Shown here in pieces: positions 1 through 7,491 of a DNA stretch of 64,000 nt (positions are counted from its first letter, which is position 1; each line of letters begins with the position of its first letter). Below the pieces are notes generated by a model. That model was not told the DNA's origin, made no database searches, and worked only from the letters and a program-made list of their open reading frames with translations. Source of the DNA: Prosthecobacter sp. GTDB taxonomy: Bacteria > Verrucomicrobiota > Verrucomicrobiia > Verrucomicrobiales > Verrucomicrobiaceae. Location of the stretch: NCBI GenBank assembly GCA_039806835.1, contig JBDHQD010000006.1:174443-238442 (forward strand), read 5' to 3'. The translations under genes and the position numbers were made by a program.

Positions 1-1
1 T

Positions 2-124
2 GAGGCGTTTGAGAAGCTGGAGAAGCTCGGAGACATCCGCATTCCGCTGGGGCAGGACGCGCGTGTATTCAGCGTCTATCTTGGCCGGAATCTCAAAAGC
101 TGGAAACCTGTCCGCACCCGATGA
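2..124 (+). CDS. 3' end of an unidentified upstream gene (partial at window edge)
   Basis: Frame 2 is open from the window edge (EAFEKLEKLGDIRIPLGQDARVFSVYLGRNLKSWKPVRTR*). The stop TGA at 122-124 overlaps the ATG of the next gene as ATGA (121-124). It is absent from the ORF track because it has no start codon in the window. Product not recognisable. Confidence 0.3.
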   Translation, partial: EAFEKLEKLGDIRIPLGQDARVFSVYLGRNLKSWKPVRTR

Positions 125-741
125 CGCCCTGGGACATCAGTCTGCTGCGCCAAATCAATACCGAGTGGACACATCCGGTGTTGGATTGGTTGATGCCAGC
201 GCTCTCGGCCATTGAGGCGTGGGTGCCGCTCATCGTTTTGGTCGTGTTGCTCACGGCTTGGCGCGGCGGCAGGCAGGTGCGCCTCATGCTGCTGTGTCTC
301 GCCGTGGCGCTCGGTGTGGGCGATGGCTTGATCTCCAACACGCTCAAGAAAACCATCGGTCGCGTGCGTCCTCGCGACGCGGTTGCGAACATCACCGTGC
401 GCGATCTCGGCGCGGCTTCTCCTGCGTTCATGCGTTTGTTCAAACCCGCCGTGGCCAGACCGAGCGAACCCGCCGGCGAGACGCGCGGCAAATCATTTCC
501 ATCGAGCCACGCGGTGAACATGTTTGCCGCAGCGACGGTCATCGCCTGCTTTTATCGCCGTGCGGGACTGCTGATGTATCTGCTGGCCGCCGCAGTTTCC
601 TACTCACGCATCTACTGCGCTGCACACTGGCCGAGTGACATCCCGCCGTCGATGGCGTTGGGTGTTTTGGTGGGCTGGGGCGTCGTGGCGGTGGCAAAGC
701 GCCTCACAGCGGCCAGTCGATCTCCGTCTCGCCGTGCATGA
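121..741 (+). CDS. PAP2-family membrane phosphatase (lipid / undecaprenyl-diphosphate phosphatase-like)
   Basis: All three PAP2 motifs are present: KKTIGRVRP (Kx6RP), PSSH (PSGH-like) and SRIYCAAHWPSD (SRx5Hx3D). Several hydrophobic helices. The start is coupled to the upstream ORF by an ATGA overlap. Confidence 0.85.
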   Translation: MTPWDISLLRQINTEWTHPVLDWLMPALSAIEAWVPLIVLVVLLTAWRGGRQVRLMLLCLAVALGVGDGLISNTLKKTIGRVRPRDAVANITVRDLGAASPAFMRLFKPAVARPSEPAGETRGKSFPSSHAVNMFAAATVIACFYRRAGLLMYLLAAAVSYSRIYCAAHWPSDIPPSMALGVLVGWGVVAVAKRLTAASRSPSRRA

Positions 742-1324
742 CTTCGCCGAGCACGGGCACGTCGAGGAAATGTTCGAGCACCATGCGGTTGGAAATGCTG
801 GCGGCATCGCGCTCGTCGTTCACATAATTGAGCAATACTCCGGCGCAGGTGAGGCCGCGCGCCTGGATGTTGCGCACGGTGAGCAGCGTGTGGTTGAGGC
901 AGCCGAGCTTGTTGTTCACGACGACGATCACCGGCAGCGCGAGCCGCTGCGCGAAGTCGGCCATCGTGGAAAACTCGTTCAGCGGCACTTCCCAGCCGCC
1001 CGCGCCTTCGACGAGCACATGATCGTGCCTTTGCGCCAGATCATGGAAGTGCGCGATCACTTCATTGAGTTCAAAGCGGCGATTTTCCATCAGCGCGGCG
1101 GCATAGGGTGCGGCGGGAATTTTGAACCACACCGGATTGACGTCTTCGACGGTCAATCCGTCGCTGCTGGCATTGGCGAGGTGAATCGCATCGTCACGCT
1201 GGCCGCAGACGAAGGGCTTGAAGCCCGCGACGTGTTTGCCGCTGCGCTTCAAGGCTTCCAGTAGCAGGCAGGTGACGTAGGTCTTGCCCGCGTCGGTGTC
1301 GGTGCCGGTGATGAAGTAGTGCAT
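704..1324 (-). CDS. bioD: Dethiobiotin synthase
   Basis: N-terminal P-loop FITGTDTDAGKTYVT. The 206-aa length and overall pattern are typical of BioD. The 3' end overlaps the PAP2 gene 3' end by 38 nt (convergent). Confidence 0.9.
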   Translation of the reverse strand: MHYFITGTDTDAGKTYVTCLLLEALKRSGKHVAGFKPFVCGQRDDAIHLANASSDGLTVEDVNPVWFKIPAAPYAAALMENRRFELNEVIAHFHDLAQRHDHVLVEGAGGWEVPLNEFSTMADFAQRLALPVIVVVNNKLGCLNHTLLTVRNIQARGLTCAGVLLNYVNDERDAASISNRMVLEHFLDVPVLGEVMHGETEIDWPL

Positions 1325-1327
1325 TTT

Positions 1328-1409
1328 GTTTTCTGTTCCCGGTTCTCTGTTCTCAGTTGGCAGCGTTCATCGTCTTAACCGCGAACGGCGAACCGAGAAC
1401 CGCGAACAG
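1328..1409. repeat. Imperfect inverted repeat built from 7-nt-phased GTTC / GAAC units (glmM-bioD intergenic)
   Basis: GTTC occurs at 1335, 1342 and 1349. GAAC occurs at 1383, 1390, 1397 and 1404, with exact 7-nt spacing. Arms 1333-1347 (CTGTTCCCGGTTCTC) and 1395-1409 (GAGAACCGCGAACAG) are 14/15 complementary. Confidence 0.7.
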
Positions 1410-1412
1410 GCT

Positions 1413-2774
1413 TTACCCAATCTGCGCGAGCACTGCGGAGGCGATCTTATCCGCCTGCGCTTCGAGGTATTCGACGTCGCGGCCTTCGACGAGGAGGCGG
1501 ATGAGCGATTCCGTGCCGGAGTAGCGCAGGAGCACGCGGCCGTAGTCGCCGAGCTTCTTCTCCGTCTCCTTGATGATCTTTTGCGCTTCGACGAGCTGCT
1601 CGACGGGCGGTTTCGAGCGCACGCGGAGGTTGCGGGCGCACTGGGGGAATTTTTTCAGGCACTTGCGGAGCTGGCTGAGCGGCTCGCCGGTTTCCTTCAT
1701 GATGCGCAGGATTTGCAGGCCGGCGATGAGGCCGTCGCCGGTGGTGGCCCAGTCGCCAAAGATGATGTGGCCGCTCTGTTCACCGCCAAAGTTGAGGCCG
1801 CGTGCGCGCATTTGCTCCAGCACGTAGCGATCTCCCACACCGGTGCGGATCACGCGTCCGCCGAGACCGGAGACGAGATCGTCGAGGCCGTAATTGCTCA
1901 TGATGGTGACGGCGAGCGTGTTTTGCTTCAGCGTGCCTTTGCGCAGCATGGATTCAGCGGCGACGGCCATGAGCTCATCGCCGTCGAGCGCGATGGCTTC
2001 TTCGTCACAGAGCGCGATGCGGTCTGCGTCGCCATCGTGGGCGATGCCGGCCTGGGCCTGCGATTGACGCACGATGCGCTCGATCTCCTCGGCGTGCGTG
2101 CAGCCGCATTCTTCGTTGATGTTGAAACCGTCTGGCTCGCTGTGAAAGACGGACACATCGGCGCCGAGGTGCTCCAGCGCGAGCGCACTGGTGTAGGAAG
2201 CCGCGCCGTGCGCGTTGTCGAGCGCGACGCGCATGCCATCAAGGCGCACGCCTTCCATAGAGGCGACGGCGTGTGCGATGTAGCGCTCCGCTCCGTCTGC
2301 GAGCTTGGTGATGCGACCGATGCCGCGGCCTTCGGGGCGCGGCGTGTCGTCGCTGCCGAGCACGAGCTTCTCGATGGCGATCTCGGTTTTGTCGTTGAGC
2401 TTGTGGCCGTCGCCGTGGACGAATTTGACGCCGTTGTCGGTGAAGGGATTGTGCGAGGCTGAAACGATGACGCCCATCTGCGCGCCGAGTTGTGCGCTGA
2501 GCAAGGCGACGGCGGGCGTGGGCAGTTGGCCTGCGAGAATGACATCCACACCGGCGGAGTTGAGCCCGGCGGCGAGCGCGCACTCCAGCATTTCTCCCGA
2601 AGCGCGCGTGTCGCGTCCCAAAACGGCCTTCGGACGCTCTCCGCCTTGAGATTTGCCACCGAGCACGACCGCAGCGGCCTGCGCGAGGCGCATCACGAAC
2701 TCGGGGGTCATGGGATGGCGATTGGCCACGGCACGGACGCCGTCGGTGCCGAAGAACTGGCGCTTTTCAGACAT
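1413..2774 (-). CDS. glmM: Phosphoglucosamine mutase
   Basis: FGTDGVRA near the N-terminus and the phosphoserine loop SASHNPFTDNG. 453 aa, downstream of cdaA as in the conserved cdaA-cdaR-glmM arrangement. Confidence 0.95.
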   Translation of the reverse strand: MSEKRQFFGTDGVRAVANRHPMTPEFVMRLAQAAAVVLGGKSQGGERPKAVLGRDTRASGEMLECALAAGLNSAGVDVILAGQLPTPAVALLSAQLGAQMGVIVSASHNPFTDNGVKFVHGDGHKLNDKTEIAIEKLVLGSDDTPRPEGRGIGRITKLADGAERYIAHAVASMEGVRLDGMRVALDNAHGAASYTSALALEHLGADVSVFHSEPDGFNINEECGCTHAEEIERIVRQSQAQAGIAHDGDADRIALCDEEAIALDGDELMAVAAESMLRKGTLKQNTLAVTIMSNYGLDDLVSGLGGRVIRTGVGDRYVLEQMRARGLNFGGEQSGHIIFGDWATTGDGLIAGLQILRIMKETGEPLSQLRKCLKKFPQCARNLRVRSKPPVEQLVEAQKIIKETEKKLGDYGRVLLRYSGTESLIRLLVEGRDVEYLEAQADKIASAVLAQIG

Positions 2775-2808
2775 AGGCCGCCGGTTCTAGCGCAGGAGAG
2801 GCAGGGTG

Positions 2809-3105
2809 TCAAAGCTCCGTGGCCTTGCCGATGCTGGCAGCGGCAGGAGCTTTTGGCGTCGGCACCGCAGGGAGGACCGGGGCCAGCTTTTCCGGCAGAT
2901 CGGAAGTAGGCTCGATGGTCGGCGTGAGCTGAGGCGGTGCGGGAATGGTGGGAGCGACGCGCACCGGCGGCGGTGGGATATAGGTGGGATGGCGGGCATC
3001 CTGCGCCTTGATCATGAACCAGAAGAGGAACGCGAGGACGAAGGAGATGATTTTCTCCCGCCAGTTGCGCACGACGAGTAGTTTAAGCCGATGCCCCCAG
3101 TTCAT
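2809..3105 (-). CDS. Small membrane-anchored Pro-rich protein in the CdaR (YbbR) position; no YbbR repeats
   Basis: ORF between cdaA and glmM on the same strand. It has RNWREK followed by a hydrophobic helix IISFVLAFLFWFMIKA, then a Pro-rich tail (PPPPVRVAPTIPAPPQLTPT...). ATG 3105 is chosen as the start (23-nt overlap with cdaA); the ORF-track start 3153 is also possible. Confidence 0.5.
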   Translation of the reverse strand: MNWGHRLKLLVVRNWREKIISFVLAFLFWFMIKAQDARHPTYIPPPPVRVAPTIPAPPQLTPTIEPTSDLPEKLAPVLPAVPTPKAPAAASIGKATEL

Positions 3106-3892
3106 GACCTGCCTCCGGTGTGGATTGCGTGGAGGCGGCGTGGCCTCCTTCATTCAAGATGGCGTTGATGCGCTCGCGCAGAGCGGCGGGTTCGAGATCG
3201 TGCTCCAGCTTCCCCTGATAGCAGAGGGAGAGCGCGCCGCTTTCTTCAGAGACGACCAGCGCGATGGCGTCCGTTTCCTCTGAGACGCCCATGCCGGCGC
3301 GGTGACGCAGGCCGATGGCGCGATCCAGCACATCTTTCTGACTCACAGGGAAAACGCAGCCTGCGGCGGCGACGCGACCTTGATCAATGATGACGCCGCC
3401 ATCGTGCAGCGTGGTTTTCGGGTGGAAAATGGTGGTGATGAGTTCGTTTGAGATCACGGCGTCGAGTTCCACGCCGGATTCTGCGAGATGCCGCAGGTCG
3501 ATGCCACGTTTCAGCGCAAAGAGCGCACCGCATCGCCGCGCAGAGAGCTGCTGCATGGCCTCCATCAGCACATCCAGTGCTTCGGGGTCGGGTCGGTTGA
3601 AAGAAAAGATGCGAGTGCTGCCTAGCTCAGCCAGCACACGGCGCAGTTCAGGCTGAAAGAGCACCACGAGCGCGATGGCGAGGAAGACGGAGAAGCGCTG
3701 GAGCAAGCTGCTGATGACGGAGAGTTCCAACAACACGGAGATGAGTGCCAGACTTAGCAACAGGACCAGAAGGCCAGTGAGGATGCGTGCGCCGCGCGTG
3801 GCGCGGAAGAAAAGGTAGCCGTGGTAAGCCAGCGCGGAGAGGATGAGAATCTCCACGCCGTCGCGCCAATGCTTTGTCAGAAAATGCCACAT
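3083..3892 (-). CDS. cdaA: Diadenylate cyclase (c-di-AMP synthase), membrane-anchored CdaA type
   Basis: N-terminal hydrophobic helices are followed by a DAC domain with HDGGVIID and GLRHRAGMGVSEETDAIALVVSEESG (RHR motif). Start placed at MWHFLTKHW (3892); the track start 3931 is possible. Confidence 0.9.
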   Translation of the reverse strand: MWHFLTKHWRDGVEILILSALAYHGYLFFRATRGARILTGLLVLLLSLALISVLLELSVISSLLQRFSVFLAIALVVLFQPELRRVLAELGSTRIFSFNRPDPEALDVLMEAMQQLSARRCGALFALKRGIDLRHLAESGVELDAVISNELITTIFHPKTTLHDGGVIIDQGRVAAAGCVFPVSQKDVLDRAIGLRHRAGMGVSEETDAIALVVSEESGALSLCYQGKLEHDLEPAALRERINAILNEGGHAASTQSTPEAGHELGASA

Positions 3893-3997
3893 ACCGTTTC
3901 GCGCCGTGCTGCTGCACGGGAACGATGGCACGAAGAGATTCGTTTCTCAAAAGAAGAATTGTTTGGGCGGTGGATTCACGGCGGCTAGGGTGAGCGC

Positions 3998-6331
3998 ATG
4001 CCGCCAAACACTGAACACCCCACCGAACCGCCGGAGCAGAGGGATCTGTTCGGCGCGAGGGCGGAGGATGCGGCGCTCAATCCGAAGGCAACGCGCGTCG
4101 CCCGTGTGCAGCTCGAAGGCGCGGCGGCGATGGAGCTGGATTATGCCATTCCCGAGGAGTTGGCGGGGAAAGTGGAGGTGGGATCGCGCGTGACGGTGCC
4201 GTTGCAGAATCGGCGTGTGAATGCGGTGGTGCTGGAGTTGCCGCAGGAGTCTGCGCACCGGGGGCGATTGAAGGAAGTCGCCGCGCTCATCGGCCAGCGC
4301 CCCATGTTTACTCCTGCATTGCTCAAACTGGCGCGCTGGATGGCGGACTACTATCTCGTGGCGCCGCATCAGGTGTTGCGCACGATGCTGCCGCAGGCCG
4401 TGCGTGAGAAGCCGGGCAGTTTTGTGACCGACAGCCATCTCACGCTGGTGAAAACGCCAGCACCGGAGGTCTGGGAGAAACTGCAACAGCGGGCACCGAT
4501 GCAGGCGCGCGTGATCGAGGTGCTGCGCAGCTTCAAGGGCGAGGCGACGCTGAGCCAAATCCGCCGTGAGGTGCCGCGTGCGACGGCGCTGTTGCAACCG
4601 CTGCTGAAGGCGGGGTGGATCACGCGCAGCGAGGTGCGCGTGGAGCGCGATCCTTTTCAGGACGAAACATTTTTGCCCAGCGCACCGCATGTGCTCACTG
4701 CGGAGCAGCAGGCCGCCTGCGCACGCATCACAGAGGCCTTGGGAGCTGGCGAAAAGACGAAGCCGATTTTACTGCAAGGCGTCACCGGCAGTGGCAAGAC
4801 GGAGGTGTATCTGCGGAGCATCGCGCAGGTGTTGGAGCGCGGCGGCACTGCGCTGGTGCTGGTGCCGGAGATCAGCCTCACGCCGCAGACGATCGAGCGC
4901 TTCAAGGCGCGCTTTTCTGAACGACACGAGCGCATCGCCGTGCTGCACAGCCATCTCAGCGACGGCGAGCGGCACGACGAATGGTTCAAGATTCACGAAG
5001 GCCGCGCTGACATCGTGATCGGCGCACGCAGCGCGATCTTTGCGCCATTGGAGCGGCTGGGCATCATCATCGTCGATGAGGAGCACGAGCCGTCATTCAA
5101 ACAGGATGAGACGCCGCGCTACCATGCCCGCGATTTAGCCGTCGTGCGCGGCAGCCTGGAGGCGTGTGTTGTTTTACTCGGCAGTGCGACGCCGAGCCTC
5201 GAATCGTTTGAGAACGCCGCCAGCGGCAAGTATGAGCTGGTCAAGCTCACGCAGCGCACGGATGGCAAGACGCTGCCGCTGATCCGCATCGTGGACATGC
5301 GGATGGAGCGGCGCAAAGGCACGGGGGTGAGCGTGGCGCAGGCCAGCATCCTCTCGGAGAAATTGCGCGCAGCCATCACCGCACGGCTGGAGAGGAAAGA
5401 GCAGAGCATTTTGTTTTTAAACCGCCGAGGCTTTAACACTTCGCTGAGTTGCCTCTCATGTGGCGAGACGGTGCAGTGCCAGGATTGCAGCATCCCGATG
5501 ACGCTGCACAAGCACGAGAGCCGCTTGGTGTGCCATGTGTGCGGTGCGCGCCGTCTGCCGCCGTCGAAATGTCCGTCGTGCAACGAGCCGGGGCTGAAAT
5601 TCTCCGGCTTCGGCACGGAGCGGGTGGAGGAAGTGGTGCGGGCCGTGTTTCCTCAGGCACGCGTCGCGCGTGTGGATACGGACACGATCCGGCGCAAGAA
5701 TCAGCTCCGCGATCTGCTGCGGGATTTCCGGGCGCAGAAGCTCGATCTCCTCATCGGCACGCAAATGATCGCCAAGGGGCTGGATTTTCCCAATGTCACG
5801 CTGGTGGGAGTGCTCAATGCCGACCTCGCCCTGAGCCTGCCGGATTTCCGCGCGGCGGAGCGCACACTGCAACTGCTCGTCCAAGTCGCAGGGCGTGCAG
5901 GCCGTGGTGAGGTGAAGGGGGAGGTGGTGGTGCAAACGCATGCACCGCACAGCCCGGCGGTGCAGTTTGCCCGGCATAATGATTTCGAGGGCTTTGCCCA
6001 GCAGGAGCTGGAGCAGCGGCGCGCCTTCCATTACCCGCCTTATTCGCATGTGGTCATCCTCGCCAGTCGCGGGCAGCACCAGGCGCTGGCGGAGCTGGCA
6101 TTGCAGACGCTGCACCGTCGGCTGGCAGAGGGGCTGCCCGCAGAGGTCATCATGGGCGAACCCGCACCGTGCGCGCTGGCGAAGTCGCACGGGCAGTTCC
6201 GCTTTCAACTGCTGCTGCGCACGCCAAAAATCCGCCCGTTGTGTCGGCACATCCGCCAGGTGCTGCGGGGGACGGCCCTGCCAGAGGAGGTGACGGTGAC
6301 GTGGGACGTCGATCCCGTGTCGCTTTTGTGA
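3998..6331 (+). CDS. priA: Primosomal protein N' (replication restart helicase PriA)
   Basis: Walker A LLQGVTGSGKTEVY and DEEH box (IIIVDEEHEPSFKQ). Cys-rich zinc region CLSCGETVQCQDC...CHVCG...CPSC. 777 aa. Confidence 0.95.
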   Translation: MPPNTEHPTEPPEQRDLFGARAEDAALNPKATRVARVQLEGAAAMELDYAIPEELAGKVEVGSRVTVPLQNRRVNAVVLELPQESAHRGRLKEVAALIGQRPMFTPALLKLARWMADYYLVAPHQVLRTMLPQAVREKPGSFVTDSHLTLVKTPAPEVWEKLQQRAPMQARVIEVLRSFKGEATLSQIRREVPRATALLQPLLKAGWITRSEVRVERDPFQDETFLPSAPHVLTAEQQAACARITEALGAGEKTKPILLQGVTGSGKTEVYLRSIAQVLERGGTALVLVPEISLTPQTIERFKARFSERHERIAVLHSHLSDGERHDEWFKIHEGRADIVIGARSAIFAPLERLGIIIVDEEHEPSFKQDETPRYHARDLAVVRGSLEACVVLLGSATPSLESFENAASGKYELVKLTQRTDGKTLPLIRIVDMRMERRKGTGVSVAQASILSEKLRAAITARLERKEQSILFLNRRGFNTSLSCLSCGETVQCQDCSIPMTLHKHESRLVCHVCGARRLPPSKCPSCNEPGLKFSGFGTERVEEVVRAVFPQARVARVDTDTIRRKNQLRDLLRDFRAQKLDLLIGTQMIAKGLDFPNVTLVGVLNADLALSLPDFRAAERTLQLLVQVAGRAGRGEVKGEVVVQTHAPHSPAVQFARHNDFEGFAQQELEQRRAFHYPPYSHVVILASRGQHQALAELALQTLHRRLAEGLPAEVIMGEPAPCALAKSHGQFRFQLLLRTPKIRPLCRHIRQVLRGTALPEEVTVTWDVDPVSLL

Positions 6332-6405
6332 TTTTTTGCGGGAATGCGTGAAGAATCGAAGGGGACGTTGACATCACGCATCCTGATTCCAATATTCCAC
6401 GCTTC

Positions 6406-6900
6406 ATGATGAACGAGCCGCGCCTTTCACGCCTCTGCTTTGGATGCCTTGCCGTCCTGGCCATGCTGCTTTCTGCGTGCTCCAGCGCGGTGGATGGCCC
6501 CGGCGGACGGATTGGCAAAGTGCGCTATTATCATCTGATGCCGAATTACATGCCGCAGACGCTGGATCCGATGCTGTTGTTTGAGCGCCAGCATTACACC
6601 TACGGCGCAGTGTCCAAAGCGGAGCAGATGGACCGCTTTGGCCACTACTACACGGTCTTTTGGAAGGCGAATGAGCGCACTGGCCCGCTGACTGTGCGCT
6701 TTGAGTACCTCCAGGAACACACTGGCCTCACCAAACGGGTGCAGGAACAGGTCGTGGACAATGTGCGGCGCAGCAATGTCTCCAAATTTGAAGTCACCGG
6801 CGAAGAGTACCAAAAAAGTGGTCGCGTGATCGCTTGGCGCGTCACCGTGCTGCGTGGCAAAGAGGAGCTGGTCAGTCAGCGCTCAGCACTCTGGAATTAA
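6406..6900 (+). CDS. Hypothetical lipoprotein
   Basis: Signal peptide with a lipobox-like LLSAC. No recognisable domain. Ends 13 nt before the STAS gene on the same strand. Confidence 0.6.
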   Translation: MMNEPRLSRLCFGCLAVLAMLLSACSSAVDGPGGRIGKVRYYHLMPNYMPQTLDPMLLFERQHYTYGAVSKAEQMDRFGHYYTVFWKANERTGPLTVRFEYLQEHTGLTKRVQEQVVDNVRRSNVSKFEVTGEEYQKSGRVIAWRVTVLRGKEELVSQRSALWN

Positions 6901-6913
6901 CCCGCACGCACCC

Positions 6914-7438
6914 ATGATTCCTCCCGCACAGATTCTCGTTGGCATGGTGGGCCGTTTGTTCTGGATGCGGGTGGATGGCCGCGGCACTTTTCAGAACAGC
7001 TTGCAGGCGAAGAAGGCCATGCAGCGCGTCATCGCCCAAGGAGTGACCCATCTTGTGGTGGATTTGGAGCGCTGTCCGATGATGGATTCGACATTCCTCG
7101 GCATGCTCACCGGCACGGCGCTGTGCCTGCGCGAAAGTGCGCAGGGCGGCACCCTCAGCGTGCTCAATGCCAATCAACGCAATCTTCAACTCCTCTCCAG
7201 TCTCGGACTCGATCACGTCTTGGAACTGGATCGCGAAGGCAAACTCTGGCCCGGCGAACGCAAAGCCGCCGGCGATGCTTTGCAGCACTGCACTGAAACC
7301 GGTGCCGACTGCAAAGAAGCACAGACGCAGCATGTGCTGGACGCGCATCAGGCACTCGCAGGAGTGAGTCCCGACAACGAATGCCGCTTTCACGACGTGA
7401 TTGAGTTTTTGGGGAAGGAGCTGGAATCCGGCAGCTAG
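6914..7438 (+). CDS. STAS-domain protein (anti-sigma-factor antagonist, RsbV/SpoIIAA-like)
   Basis: HLVVDLERCPMMDSTFLGMLTG matches the STAS D-S-(S/T)-G/F-L-G region, including the normally phosphorylated Ser. Followed by VLNANQRNLQLLSSLGLDHVLEL. Start placed at ATG 6914 (the track ORF starts at 6854). Confidence 0.75.
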   Translation: MIPPAQILVGMVGRLFWMRVDGRGTFQNSLQAKKAMQRVIAQGVTHLVVDLERCPMMDSTFLGMLTGTALCLRESAQGGTLSVLNANQRNLQLLSSLGLDHVLELDREGKLWPGERKAAGDALQHCTETGADCKEAQTQHVLDAHQALAGVSPDNECRFHDVIEFLGKELESGS

Positions 7439-7491
7439 CTGTTTCCGGCGCGAGGCGATGCCCGGAATAAGCCGGGGCGCCGCATGAGCCC

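Noticed and set aside
9-215. 68-aa ORF at the window start
   Set aside because: It is in the wrong frame. Frame 2 is open from the window edge and ends in an ATGA overlap with the PAP2 gene, a much more natural gene junction. This ORF would overlap the PAP2 start by 95 nt.
1326-2462. 378-aa plus-strand ORF; similar cases at 3947-4690, 5456-6250, 7936-8985 and 43682-44539
   Set aside because: They are antisense to glmM, priA, the PP2C phosphatase and the peroxiredoxin/cytochrome genes. All have skewed Arg/Ala/His/Asp composition and no recognisable domains.
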